Below the pieces are notes generated by a model. That model was given only the letters and a program-made list of their open reading frames with translations. It was not told the DNA's origin and ran no database searches. From positions 562,898,001 to 562,962,000 of the forward strand of contig JBNRSN020000002.1 in the NCBI GenBank assembly GCA_051313645.2: 64,000 bases of DNA, given 5' to 3'. Position 1 is the stretch's first letter. Each line of letters begins with the position of its first letter. The position numbers and the translations under genes were made by a program. Shown here one piece after another: positions 12,317-25,037 of this stretch. This DNA comes from Centroscyllium fabricii. Its lineage: Eukaryota.

Positions 12317-13665
12317 TAAAAATCAAATGTTGGCCAGGGCACCGGGGAGAACTTATTGCTCTTCAAATAAATCTTTTACGGCCATGTGAGAGGGCAGATG
12401 GGGCCTCGGTTTGATGTCTCCTCCAAAAGAAGGCTCCTCCCTCAGTACGGCACTGAAGCAGGAGGGGTTTTATCAACAAAGTGTTAAAAGAAGCAAGTGT
12501 GGCACTTGCGGAATCTGCGTGCTTATCGTCGAGACCTCTAATATATTATCAGTAAATTGCCCTTGAGGCAGGTGACCTTTTTTATATGTAAAAGATGGCA
12601 ATTGTGTCGGGAGGGAGACTTCAGAAACTCGCTCCACAGAATCATCTAGCGGCCACTAGTGGCCATAGCCTGCAACTTCATAGTGACAGTTCACAGAGCA
12701 AAATTGGCTGAGAAATGTTGACATTGCAATTTACAATGGAAAAAGTTGACACAGAAATGTAACCCAAATCGCAACAGGCGGTAAGATTTGTGGACAGGAA
12801 GTGCGCAGGATTTTATAACTTAGGAAGCTGATGAATATTGCCGTGTCGTGAGTTTTAACGCCAAACTCTGAACAGCGTACAGCCACCCGTTGACATTTCC
12901 TTTTCGTCGTTTACTTTCCCTTTATTGAGGACTTCCTTTGTGATCTTTGCCAAACGACTGATGGTAAACCTCGCCATCGCAGCATTGATGTGTTGTTCCA
13001 TTGATTTTTTTTTTATCACAGCGATGTAGATATTGCATTTGAAAATCAAATTAAGATGTGGAACCAAAGGGCCCTAGGAAAAGTGATGTGAGGGATTTGG
13101 CAGCATGAAATGAATCTCAAGTTGTAACTCACGCCAGGGGCACTGAGCCAATGAGCCAAGTGGGCAGAAATCACAGTGCAAGCAGTTACCATTCCAGCAA
13201 GATGCAGTTGACCAGTCTGATTAAAATATACTTCTGGCTGGCATTTTGTGTTGCAATTGACTTTTGAATTGATTTTGTAGTTTACAGGAAATGGAAATAA
13301 ATGCAAGCAATGTCATTAGTTTTACATTTTGCATTCTTGAAAAATGCTAACGGTTTCCATTGATCGTGGATATGGTAATGGTGGCCGGTGGCCTAGACAC
13401 ACAGCTGCACTCCAAATTCTGACTTCCTTAATTGCGACAGTCGTAGAGTCGTAAATCATAGGATGGTTACAGCACGGAAGAAGGCCATTCGGCCCGTTGA
13501 GCCTGTGCCGACTCTCCGCTAGTCCCACTCCCCCCGCCCTATCCCCGTAGTCCTGCAAAATGTTTTCTTTCAGGTACCTATCCAATTCCCTTTTGAAAGC
13601 CACCATTGAGTCTGCCTCCACCACCCTCTCAGGCCTTGCATTCCGGATCCGAACCACTCACTGAG

Positions 13666-14183
13666 TGAGATGCCTCAAATCAAAGACGGCAGCGAGTTCT
13701 TAAACAAGTGGCTTTTATTCACAAGGAACATGAACCGTGTCCCCGATGAGCCTGCCCGGAATGAGAGATAAGTGGGCGGAGCATTCTCCTTTATACTAGT
13801 ACCCAGAGGCGGGGTCAGCCGGTACAGGTCCTCACAGAAAGGTACAGATATTAACAGATATATAACAAACACATTGAACAAAACTATATACAATAACCGT
13901 ACAGTGTGAATCACACCAAAAGGTTCATAGAAACATAGAAGATAGGAGCAGGAGTAGGCCATTCGGCCCTTTGAGCCTGCTCCGCCATTCAACGAGATCA
14001 TGGCTGATCATCCAAACCCAGTACCCCGCCCCTGCCCCCTCTCCATATCCCTCGATCCCTATCGAGCCTGCACCGGCACATATCCCACCCTATCTCCGTA
14101 ACCCCACATATTCAGTCCCCCTAACACTAAGGGTCAATTTATCCTGGCCAATCAACCTAAGCCGCACATCTTTGGACATCACA
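13666..14183 (-). mobile_element. Solo LTR containing an HE1 SINE (about 13928-14176)
   Basis: TGAGATG...CATCACA termini, TSD CTGAG; near-identical to 34049-34314; AATAAA and TATAAA on the minus strand. Confidence 0.8.
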
Positions 14184-15507
14184 CTGAGTAAAAATGTTTT
14201 TTCTTACGGCGCCTTTGGTTCTTTGCCAATCACCTTAAATCTGTGTCCTCTGGTTCTCGACCCTTCCACCAATGGGAACAGTTTCTCTCTCTCTACTCTT
14301 TCCAGACCCCTCATGATTTTGAACACCTCGATCAAATCTCCTCTCAACCTTCTCTGCTCCAAGGAGAACAATCCCAGCTTCTCCAGTCTATCCACGGAAC
14401 TGAAGTCCCTCATCCCTGGAATCATTCTTGTAAATATTTTCTGAACCCTCTCTAAGGCCTCCACATCCTTCCTAAAGTGCGGTGCCCAGGATTGGACACA
14501 ATACTCCAGTTGGGGCCAAACCAGTGTTTTAATAAAGGTTCATCATAATTTCCACACTTTTGTACTCTGTACCTCTATTTATGAAGCCCAGGATCCCATA
14601 AGCCTTGTTAACTGCTTTCTCAACCTGCCCTGCCACCTTCAATGATTTGTGCACATGTACCCCGAGGTGTCTCTGTTTGTGCACCCCCTTCAGGATTGTA
14701 CCATTTAGTTTATATGTCCTCTCCCCATTATTTCTACCAAAATGTACCACTTTACACTTTTCTGCCCATTTTACCAGCCTGTCTATGTCCTCTTGAAGTC
14801 TATCACTATCCTCCTCACTGTTCACTATACTTCCAAGTTTTGTGTCATCTGCAAATTTTGAAATTGTGCCCTGTACACCCACGTCCAAGTCATTAATATA
14901 TATCAAGACAAGCAGTGATCCTAGAACCGACCCCTGGGGAACACCACTGTATACCTTCCTCCAGTCCAAAAAACAACCGTTCACCACTACTCCCTGTTTC
15001 CTGTCACTTAACCAATTTTGTATCCACGCTGCCACTGTCCCTTTTATTCCACGGGCTTCAACTTTGCCAGCAAGCCTATTATGTGGCACTTTGTCGAACG
15101 CCTTTTGGAAATCCATGTTCACCACGTCAGCTGCATTACCTTCATCCACCCTCTCTGTTACCTCATCAAAAAACTCGATCAAGTTGGTTGAACACGATTT
15201 GCCTTTAACAAATCCGAGCTGGCTTTCCTGAATTAATCCACACTTGTCCAAGTGACTGTTAATTTTGTCCCTGGTTACGGTTTCTAAAAGCTTCCCCGCT
15301 ACCGAGGTTAAACTGACTGGTCTGCAGTCGCTGGGTTTATCCTTACACCCTTTTTTGAACAATGTTGTAACATTTACAATTCTCCAGTCCTCTGGCACCA
15401 TCCCCGTATCTGAGGTGGATTGGAATATTATGGCCAGTACCTCCGTGATTTCTCCCCTCAGCATCCCAGGATGCATCCCATCCGCTCCTGGTGATTTATC
15501 TACTTTA

Positions 15508-16282
15508 TGGCCCTGTCACACCTTGACGTTTTAGCCAGCGTATGCAAATTTGGCTAAAACGCTGAACTATCGATGTTTTTTTCAGTTTTGGGCGTATAAT
15601 AGCGTATTCATAACGAGTTGGACGTATGCATAACGTATTAGTAACATACACAGAACGTTTCGATAAGTTACAGATAACTTATACCAACGAATGCTTAGCG
15701 TGTTGTCGGCATTCACAACTTATGCCCAACGATAGTCTAACGTATGCATAGCGCACGGCAGCGTATCGCCGACGTTTTAGATAAATTTTGATACGTCGGC
15801 ATACGCTAGCTAAATCGTCAAGGTGTGACAGGGCATGACAGGGGCATAAGTTCTGTGGTCGTCCGGAAGACGTCAAATACGTCAATATGCGTTGGAGATA
15901 CGTTACACATAGGTTCAAAGCACGTTACTCATAGGTTAGAAATAAGTTCCGGGTACGCTAGACATTATCTCGACGTATTTTGACTTATGACTAACTTACA
16001 AGTAACGTGTGTCGACGTGTGTCAACGATCGCCTAACGTGCTTACAACGTATGGCCAGCGTATGCGGAACGTGTGAATCATACGCAGGATACGTCGAGAT
16101 TTTTTGTGCATGCGCAAAAATTCTCGACTTACTCGAAGGACAACGACGTATGCAACTTATGGCCAGCGTATGCCAGCGTGCTCTTAACGTATACAAAACG
16201 TACCCATAACGTATCCGACGTAAACCAGCGTTTTAGCCAAATTTGCATACGCTGGCTAAAACGTCAAGGTGTGACAGCCCCT
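15508..16282. mobile_element. PIF/Harbinger-like MITE with long TIRs
   Basis: About 55-bp TIRs (CTGTCACACCTTGACGTTTTAGCCAGCGTATGCAAATTTGGCTAAAACGCTG), TTA TSD; CR1 frame continues across it. Confidence 0.85.
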
Positions 16283-17626
16283 TTAAATGCAGCCAGCCTT
16301 TCGAATACCTCCTCTTTATCAATTTTTATGCTATCAAGTTATCTCCTCTACCTCCTCCTTTACTATGTCTATGGTTGCATCCTCTTCCTTGGTGAAGACA
16401 GATGCAAAGTGCTCATTTAGCACCTCAGCCATACCCTCTGCCTCCATGCGTAGGTCTCCTTTTTGGTCCGTAATCAGCCCCAACCCTCCTCTTACTACCC
16501 TTTTACTATTTATATGCCTGTAGAAGACTTTTCGATTACCTTTTATGTTGGCTGCCATTCTATTGTCATACCCTCTCTTTGCCCCTCTTATTTTCTTTTT
16601 CACTTCTCAGAGTCATAGAGTCATACAGCACAGAAAGAGGCCCTTCGGCCCATCGCGTCCGCACCAGCCAGCAAGCCCTGTATATTCTAATCCCATTTTC
16701 CAGCACTTGGTCCGTAGCCTTGTATGCTATGGTGTTTCAAGTGCTCGTCTAAATGCTTCTTGAATGTTGTGAGGGTTCCTGCCTCCACCACCCTTTCAGG
16801 CAGTGAGTTCCAGATTCCAACCACCCTCTGGGTGAAAAAGTTCTTCCTCCAATCCCCTCTAATCCTTCCGCCCCTTAGCTTGAAACTATGCCCCCTTGTT
16901 ATTGACCCCTCTACTAAGGGAAAAAGTTCCTTTCTATCTACCCTATCTATGCCCTTCATAATTTTGTACACCTCAATCAGGTCCCCCCTCAGCTTTCTCT
17001 GCTCCAAGGAAAACAACCCCAGCCTGTCCAGTCTTTCTTCATAGCTGAAGTGCTCCAGCCCAGGTGACATAGAAACATAGACATAGAAACATAGAAGATA
17101 GGAGGAGGAGTCGGCCATTCGGCCCTTGGAGCCTGCTCCGCCATTCAATGAGATCATGGCTGATCATCCAAACCCAGTACCCCGCCCCTGCCCTCTCCCC
17201 ATATCCCTCGATCCCTATCGAGCCTGCACCGACGCATATCCCACCCTATCCCCGTAACCCCACATATTGAATCCCCCTAACACTAAGGGTCAATTTATCC
17301 TGGCCAATCAACCTAACCCGCACATCTTTGGACTGTGGGAGGCAACCGGAACATCCTGGTGAATCTCCTCTGCACCCTCTCCAAAGCAATCACATCCTTC
17401 CTATAGTGTGGCGACCAGAACTGCACACAGTACTCCAGCTGTGTCCTAACTAGCGTTTTGTACAGCTCCATCATAACCTCCCTGCTCTTATATTCTATGC
17501 CTTGGTTAATGAAGGCGCCTCGGCTAATGAAGGCAAGTATCCCATATGCCTTTTTAACCACCTTATCCACCTGTCCTGCTGCCTTCACGGATCTATGTAC
17601 AAGTTCTCCTCTGACCATTCTATATA

Positions 17627-18037
17627 CGGGTCCGACACCGTTAATCCGGCACCGGTGGGACTAGGCTGGTGCCGGATTAGTGAAAAATCCGAATGATTGA
17701 AGTTTCGGCGAGCGCATGCGCAGACCATTTAAAATGGCCGCCGCGAAGGCCAGTGCCCATTTTGAATGGTCTGCGCATGCGCTCGCTGAAGCATCAATCG
17801 TTCGGGGAGAAGCCGGATCATGCTCAGCCAAGCGCGGCAGCCATTTTACACATGCGCAGCCAAGCGCGGCGGCCATTTTGCGCATGCACAGACCAGTCGG
17901 GCAGTCGGAGAGAGGCCCGGGCATGCGCAGCCAAGCCCTACGGCCATTTTGCGCACGCGCAGACCAGTCGGCCGGATTCGTTCCGGACGACTGAACTTTC
18001 CGGATTACCGGTGTCCGGATTAACGGTGTTGGACCTG
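17627..18037. mobile_element. Tigger/pogo-like MITE
   Basis: TA|CGGGTCCGACACCGTTAATCCGG ... CCGGATTAACGGTGTTGGACCTG|TA; inverted relative of 10035-10382. Confidence 0.8.
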
Positions 18038-18885
18038 TATAGCCTATTTGGAAGTTCATCATCGACCCCTCAGAGCTGAGGCTGCTGAGTGATAGCCACA
18101 TTGTAAGGTTAGCGCGCGTCTGTTGGGAGCAGAACGGGGTAGGTGGATCGTATTGCTTCTTCAAGCTTAAGGACCATCAGCTGAGAGTCGTACTTCACTC
18201 GTTCTTAGGCTAGATCCCTGAACGTGAGCATCTCGCAGAACGCTGCACCATTGAGTCGCCCACTGTGCTGCACTTAATCTGAACGGCTATTTTTCAAGGT
18301 CACGATGTAACCTTCCAGGGAGGCTTTAATTTTGAGTTGGTGTTTTCAGTGATTTTATCAAATTTTTGTCTTATAATACTCCTGTGAAGCGTCTTGGGAT
18401 GTTTTACTACATTAAAGGTGCTATATAAATACAAGTTGTTGTCGATGGAAATTTAAGACTTTCAATCAGTGCGAAGTTGCATTTGACGTTGTGCTCAGTC
18501 TCACGAAGACGAGGAGATTATTGCACAGGAAGAGCAGGCGTTAATTCCCGGCATCTGTTTCCAATGAGGAATGACGTCGGTGCAGTTAGGATGATGAGAT
18601 TCGTGCAGTTCCAAGAGCCAGAAGAAGAAGACAAATATTTTATGCGAAGGGTTGTTCGGATATGGAATCCCTCCAGCAGAAACAGCAGTGGAAGTAGAGT
18701 CACTAGTAGCTTTTAAAAGGGAAGTGGACAAATCTAAATATCCAGGAATATAAAGAAATATTTTTGATGGGTATGGGGAAAGGTCATGGGAATAAGTGGA
18801 TGTTCTTTCAGTGGGCCAGCATGGGCACAATGGACTGAATGGCCGCCTTCTGTGCTGTGAAATTCTATTATTAAACAGAAATTAT

Positions 18886-19277
18886 GGGTGGCACGGTGGC
18901 ACAGTGGTTAGCACTGTTGCCTCACAGCTCTGGAGACCCGGGTTCAAATCCGGCCTCGGGTGACTATCTGTGTGGAGTTTGCATATTCTCCCCGTGTCTG
19001 CGTGGGTTTCCTCCGGGTGCTCCGGTTTCCTCCCACAGTCCAAAGATGTGCGGGTTAGGTTGATTGGCCAGGATAAATTGACCCTCAGTGTTTGGGGGAT
19101 TGAATATGTGGGGTTACGGGGATAGGGTGGGATATGTGTCGGTGCAGGCTCGATAGGGATCGAGGGATATGGAGAGAGGGCAGGGACAGGGTACTGGGTT
19201 TGGATGATCAGCCATGATCTCATTGAATGGCAGAGCAGGCTCGAAGGGCCGAATGGCCTACTCCTGCTCCTATCTTC
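18886..19277 (+). mobile_element. HE1-type V-SINE, full length
   Basis: tRNA head GGCACGGTGGCACAGTGGTTAGCACTG..GGTTCAAATCC, V-domain, CR1 tail. Confidence 0.9.
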
Positions 19278-19411
19278 TAAAAAGGTCCACTGTACTACCG
19301 GTGTCTTCAGCGCTCTCACTTGAAGATTCACCTTTTCGAATCCACTGCAGTAGAAACGAGAACAGGTTACATTTCTAAATGTGAATTTTCAAATAAATTG
19401 CATTACAATTA

Positions 19412-19900
19412 GGGGAGACGGTGGCGTAGTGGTTATGTCACTAGACTAGTAAGCCAGAGGCTCATTCGAATGCTCTGAGGATATGGGTTCAAATCCCACC
19501 ACGGCAGCTGGTGGAATTTAAATTCGGTTCAATTTAATTCTGGAATTAAATGTTAGTCTTAGTAATGGCGACCATGATACCATTGTTGATTGTTGCAAAC
19601 ACCCATCTGGTTCACTAATGTCCTTTAGGGAAGGAAATCTGCCGTCCTCACCTGGTCTGGCCTACATGTGACTCCAGACCCACAGCAATGTGGTTGACTC
19701 TTAATGCCCTCTGAAATGGCCCAGCAAGCCACTCAGTTGTAAACAACCGCTGCGCAACATTGTGGGTGTACCTACACCATATGGACTGCAGCGGTTCAAG
19801 AAGGCGGCTCACCACCATCTTCTCGAGGGCAATTAGGGATGGGCACTAAATGCAGGCCTAGCCAGCCAGCGACGCCCCCATCCCATCAATGAATTAAAAA
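19412..19900 (+). mobile_element. tRNA-derived SINE (second family), full length
   Basis: A/B boxes; 3' tail GCGGTTCAAGAAGGCGGCTCACCACC...GGGCAATTAGGGATGGGC shared with the LINE at 23460-24815. Confidence 0.8.
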
Positions 19901-19976
19901 AAACAAAGTTATGCCTGGTATATTTGTGTGAAGGTGATTGGTTGGTCGTGACTGCGGCAGATCTGTAACTGATTAG

Positions 19977-20383
19977 ATAAACATAGAAACATAGAAGATA
20001 GGAGCAGGAGTCAGCCATTCGGCCCTTCGAGCCTGCTCCGCCATTCAATGAGATCATGGCTGATCATCCAAACCCAGTACCCGGTCCCTGCCTTGTCCCC
20101 ATATCCCTCGATCCCTATCGCACCTGCACCAACACATATCCCACCCTATCCCCGTAACCCCACATATTCAATCCCCCTAACACTTAGGGCCAATTTATCC
20201 TGGCCAATCAACCTAACCCGCATATCTTTGGACTGTGGGAGGAAACCGGAGCACCCGGAGGAAACCCACGCAGACGCGGGGAGAATGTGCAAACTCCACA
20301 CAAATAGTACCCGAGGCTGGATTTGAACCCAGGCCCCTAGCGCCGTGAGGCAACAGTGCTAACCATTATGCCACCGTGCCGCC
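19977..20383 (-). mobile_element. HE1-type V-SINE, full length
   Basis: Reverse-complement copy of 18886-19277. Confidence 0.9.
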
Positions 20384-20511
20384 CTTAGGAGTAGAATATA
20401 AAATTAGCTAAAGATGGGCAGCAATAAATTGTCCTAATATGGCCTGAAATCTTCTGATTGTCCAAAGGCTGGTTTATTTGCAACATTAAAGCCTCCCCAT
20501 AAGATATGCTA

Positions 20512-20950
20512 CAGGTCTGACACCGTTAATCCGGGAACTTCAGTGGTCTGGCACAAATCCAAAGTGGCTGGTCTGCGCATGCGCAGCGGCCATTTTGAAT
20601 GGTCAGGCAGCAGCTGTGGAAAGAGAATCAGTTCATGGCCTCGATATTAACCCCTCCCCCGTGACGAGCAGGAGAGGGTTAAAAAGTGTAATGCGGGTAA
20701 TGCAACCCTAACCCAACGCCATGCACGTATAAAGCGGCAGATATTGGGGTGCCCAAGTGTCCCATCGTGGAGCGGTGTAATGCTTATTAACATATCTAAA
20801 TTGGGCTCCCACGGCGCTATGAAACTACTTCCGCAACAGCCATTTTGAATAGTCTGCGCATGCCCTCGCTGTAACTTCAGTTGGTCGGATTTTTCATTCG
20901 TCCGGCACCGGCCTGGTCCCGACCGTGCCGGATTAACGGTGTCGGACCTG
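20512..20950. mobile_element. Tigger/pogo-like MITE with internal foreign segment
   Basis: TA|CAGGTCTGACACCGTTAATCCGG ... CCGGATTAACGGTGTCGGACCTG|TA. Confidence 0.75.
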
Positions 20951-21129
20951 TATCAGGAAGGTAAACGTGGAATTATAGAAACTTAGCACGGCAGCAGAAT
21001 GTCCGATACAGGAGTTTGCAAATTTGTCATTGACCTGAGATTGAGGATCTGGAGAGGGTGCAGAGGAGAGAGAGACCATATTAATACCTCACCTTGGGGT
21101 CTCTTAGTTAAGAGGATAGTTTCCAAGCA

Positions 21130-21567
21130 AGAAAGAACTTGCATTTCTATAGCGCCTTTCATGACCTCAGGACGTCCCAAAGCACTTTACAGCCAATGAA
21201 GTACTTTTTGAAGTGTAGTCACTGTTGTAATGTAGGAAACACAGCAGCCAATTTGCGCACAGCAAGCTCCCACAAACAGCAATGTGATAATGATCAGATA
21301 ATCTGTTTTATTGATGTTGATTGAGGTATAAATATTGGCCCCAGGGCACCGGGGATGACTCCACTGCTCTTCCTCAAAATAGTGCCGCGCGATCTTTTAC
21401 GCCCACCTGAAAGAGCAGACGGGGCCTCGGTGTAACGTTTCATCTGAAAGACGGCGCCTCTGACAGTGCAGCACTCCCTCAGCACTGCTCTGGAGTGTCG
21501 GCCTAGATTTTTATGTTCAAGTCTTTAGAGAGAACCCACAACCTTCTGACTCAGAGGCGAGAGTGTT
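21130..21567 (-). mobile_element. Deu-domain SINE
   Basis: Reverse-complement homology to 11863-12316. Confidence 0.75.
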
Positions 21568-21678
21568 ACCTTATATCGGCACTCATTTCTTAAGATAATT
21601 GATATGCAACAAAGTGCACAATCCTTAGACCATGTAAGACTTTTGTATGTTGCACTCATAGTATTAGGTCCATAAGAA

Positions 21679-22117
21679 CAGCGGTTCCCAACTGCCGGTC
21701 TGCGGGACAGTTTTACCGGTCCGCGGAAGGGTCTGTGAATCGGCGCATGCGCAGATCATTCGCCGACGGTCCGCGGAAGGGTCTGAGAATCGGCGCATGC
21801 GCAGATCATTCGCCGACGGTCCGCGGAAGGGTCTGAGAATCGGCGCATGCGCAGATCATTCGCCGACGGTCCGCGGAAGGGTCTGAGAATCGGCGCATGC
21901 GCAGATCATTCGCCGACGGAAGACGTTTAACGAGGCAGAGACAGAAGACAGCACCCCCCCCCCCCTCCCCACCGTCAGTGAAAAAAACTCCGCCAGCACC
22001 CCCCCCACCCGGGTCAGTCAAAGAAACTCCGGCAGCATCCCCCCCCCGCCGCCCGGTCCGTGAAAAAATTGACAAGCCCAAAATGGTCCGCGGTCCCAAA
22101 AAGGTTGGGGACCCCTG
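21679..22117. mobile_element. hAT (Charlie-like) MITE with internal 4 x 50-bp tandem repeat
   Basis: CAGCGGTTCCCAAC ... GGTTGGGGACCCCTG termini, 8-bp TSD CATAAGAA/CGTAAGAA; repeat units start at 21721, 21771, 21821, 21871. Confidence 0.85.
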
Positions 22118-22445
22118 CGTAAGAACATAAGAAGTAGGAGCAGGAGTCGGCCATACGGCCCCTCGTGCCCGCTCCGCCATTCAATAGGATCATGGCTGAT
22201 CCGAACTTAGACTCACGTCCACTTCCCTGCCCGCTCCCCGTAACCCCTTATTCCCTTATCAGCTAGAAAACTGTCTGTCTCCATTTTAAATTTATTTAAT
22301 GTCGCAGCTTCCACAGCTCTCTGAGGTAGCAAATTCCATAGATTCACCACCCTCTGAGGGAAGAAGTTTCTCCTCATCTCAGTTTTGAAAGGGCAGCCCC
22401 TTATTCTCAGATTATGCCCCAAGTTCTAGTCTCACCCATCGGCAG
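22118..22445 (-). mobile_element. CR1 LINE 3' end
   Basis: GHNLRIRGCPFKTEMRRNFFPQRVVNLWNLLP; (TAAGAACA)n tail; same subfamily as 23928-24644. Confidence 0.85.
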
Positions 22446-23459
22446 AAATTTTGATCCCTGGATATTGAGAATCTGGAGAGGATGCAGAGGAGAGTGAGAC
22501 CAGTTTGATACCTCGCCTTGAGGGCTCTTAGTTAAGAGGATAGTTTCCAAGAAAGGGCGGCACGGTGGCATAGTGGTTAGCACTGTGGCCTCACAGCGCC
22601 AGGGGCCTGGGTTCAAATCCGGCCTCGGGTGACTATCTGTGTGGAGTTTGTACATTCTCCCCGTGTCTGCGTGGGTTTCCTCCGGGTGGAAAGTGGGATT
22701 AGAATAGACAGGGCTTGATGGCCAGCATGGACGTGATGGGCTGAAGAGCCTCTTTCTGTGCTGTATAAATGCATGGGTGAGGGCAGGTTTGGGTCTGCCT
22801 TCAGCGCCTGTGCTTTTGCATATTGGCTGTTTTGAAACGTTAACAGAATTTTCTGCCATTCCAAAATAAAACACGAAGCAGTTGAGAGACGCTCGGACTT
22901 TGAGGTATGAGGAGATCATGTGACATGTCCTCGGGGTTTAATTATGGGCAAGAAACATCTCATTCTGAAAGATGCAAGCTTGTTTACTGGCATGGGAAAT
23001 AGAATCCAGCAGAGACTTATGAAGAGAGAAGCGAATCCATCGATGCCTTGTTTGGGTGCTAATGGCCTGTTCAGCCCATTAAGACGATTTTTAAGATTGT
23101 GAAACTGCACTTCCATGAACAAAACAAATGTTGGAAAATGCCCAGACACTATATTGAAGATGAACGAGGGGGTTCTCTCCAGTGTCTTCGCCAACATTTT
23201 TCCGTCAATAGTCACCACTAAAAGGCAGATTAGCCGGTTATCCGTCTCGTTGCAGTGCGTGGGATCTTGCTGTGTACGAATTGGCTGCTGCTTTTGCCCA
23301 CATAGCAACAGAGACTCCACTTTAAAATAATTCATTGACTGGAAAGGCCGTGAAGAGGCGTGTATAAATGCAAGATTTTCCTTTACTTTCTCTAACACGT
23401 GTAACAGTGTGAAAGATATAGAAATAATAATCCATTCAGTTCTTTTGGAGGAGTCCAGA

Positions 23460-24815
23460 AACCTAACTGGACCAGCGACATAAATACTCTGGATACCAGA
23501 GCAGGTCAGCGGCTGGGTATTCTGCGGCAAGTGTCTCACCTCCTGACTCCCCAAAGCCTTTCCACCATCTACAAGGCACAAGTCAGGAGTGTGATGGAAT
23601 ACTCTCCACTTGCCTGGATGAGTGCAGCTCCAACAACACTCAAGAAGCTCGACACCATTCAGGATGAAGCAGGCCGCTTGATTGGCACTCCATCCACCAC
23701 TTTCAACATTCACTCCCTCCACCACTGGTGCACCGTGGCTGCAGTGTGTACCATCTACAAGATGCACTGCAGCAACTCGCCAAGGCTTCTTCGGCAGCAC
23801 CTCCCAAACCTGCGACCTCTTCCACCTAGAAGGACAAGGGCAGCAGGCGCATGGGAACACCACCACCTACGAGTTCCCCTCCAAGTTACACACCATCCTG
23901 GCTTGGAAATATATCGGCCGTTCCTTCATAGATCTGGGGGTCCTGGTGCATGAAACACAGAAGGTTAGTCTGCAGGTACAGCAGGTGATCAGGAAGGCCA
24001 ATGGAATCTTGGATTTTATTGCAAGGGGGATGGAGTATAAAAGCAGGGAAGTCTTTCTGCAGTTATACAAGGTATTGGTGAGGCCACACCTGGAATACTG
24101 CGTACAGTTTTGGTTTCCATATTTAAGAAAAGATATACTTACTCTTGAGGCAGTTCAGAGTAGATTCACTCGGTTAATTCCGGAGATGAGGGGGTTGACT
24201 TATGAGGAAAGGTTGAGTAGGTTGGGCCTCTACTCATTGGAATTCAGAAGAATGAGAGGCGATCTTATCGAAACATATAAGATTGTGAGGGGGCTTGATC
24301 GGGTGGATGCGGTGAGGATGTTTCCACTGAGAGGCGAGACTAGAACTAGGGGGCATAATCTGAGAATAAGGGGCTGCCCACTGAGATGAGGAGAAACTTC
24401 TTCACTCAGAGGGTAGTAAATCTATGGAATTTACTACCTCAGAGAGCTGTGGAAGCTGCGACATTAAATACATTTATAACGGAGATAAACAGTTTCCTCG
24501 CTGATAAGGGGTTACGGGGAGCGGGCAGGGAAGTGGACGTGAGTCTAAGTTCAGATCAGCCATGATCCTATTGAATGGCGGAGCAGGCCCGAGGGACCGT
24601 ATGGCCGACTCCTGCTCCTACTTCTTATGTTCTTATTATGTTCTTGTAGTCGCTGGGTCAAAATCCTGGAACTCCCTCCCTCACAGCACTGTGGGAGCAC
24701 CTTCACCACACTGACTGCAGCGGTTCAAGAAGGCGGCTCACCACCACCTTCTCAAGGGCAGTCAGGGACGGGCAATAATTGCTGACCTTGACATCCTGTG
24801 AATGAATTAAAAAAT
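23460..24815 (+). mobile_element. CR1/L2-group LINE 3' region (partner of the second SINE family), interrupted by CR1
   Basis: SLSTIYKAQVRSVMEYSPLAWMSAAPTTLKKLDTIQ; resumes after 24645 with SKSWNSLP; same 3' end at 30578-30870 (-) and 43440-43780 (+). Confidence 0.75.
23928..24644 (+). mobile_element. CR1 LINE 3' end
   Basis: DLGVLVHETQKVSLQVQQVIRKANG...LYKVLVRPHLEYCVQFW...RMRGDLIETYK; tail CTTATGTTCTT. Confidence 0.9.
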
Positions 24816-24877
24816 GTCCGTGCATTGTAGTAACCAGTAAATGGAGTTGCAGTGTTGAGTGTTATATTTGTATTGTG

Positions 24878-25037
24878 CAAGAAGTCACACAACACCAGGT
24901 TATAGTCCAACAGTTTTATTTTAAATCACAAGCTTTCGGAGCTTATGCCCCTTCGTCAGGTGCCCTGACGAAGGGGCATATGCTCCGAAAGCTTGTGATT
25001 TAAAATAAAACTGTTGGACTATAACCTGGTGTTGTGT
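24878..25037. mobile_element. Fold-back PLE-derived mini-element with hammerhead core on both strands
   Basis: About 74-bp near-perfect inverted arms (24887-24960 / 24964-25037), 3-nt loop, 13-bp TSD TATTTGTATTGTG; CTGACGA-AGGGGCATATGCTCC-GAAAGCTTGTGA. Confidence 0.8.

Larger units (their letters stand above)
13455..17612 (-). mobile_element. CR1 LINE RT region with nested insertions (probably two CR1 copies)
   Basis: ORF 14529-15476 has RT motifs RPVSLTSV, MDFQKAFDKVPH, GVPQGSVLG, KFADDTKLG. ORFs 14204-14464, 16334-16603, 16687-17157 and 17313-17618 are further CR1 ORF2 pieces. Interrupted by an LTR, SINEs and a MITE. Confidence 0.9.

Noticed and set aside
18886-18960. tRNA genes at SINE heads (also 11863, 19412 and others)
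   Set aside because: A/B boxes run directly into SINE bodies; these are tRNA-derived heads, not tRNA genes.
20048-20326. Recurrent small ORFs (MRSWLIIQTQ..., DCGRKPEHPEETHADTGRMCKLHT)
   Set aside because: Antisense translations of the HE1 SINE repeated throughout the window; not a gene family.
21717-21919. 50-bp repeat array as CRISPR
   Set aside because: Units are contiguous and nearly identical, lie inside a hAT MITE, and have no spacers.
22916-23866. 316-aa minus-strand ORF
   Set aside because: A chimera of antisense LINE and degraded SINE sequence with no recognisable domain.
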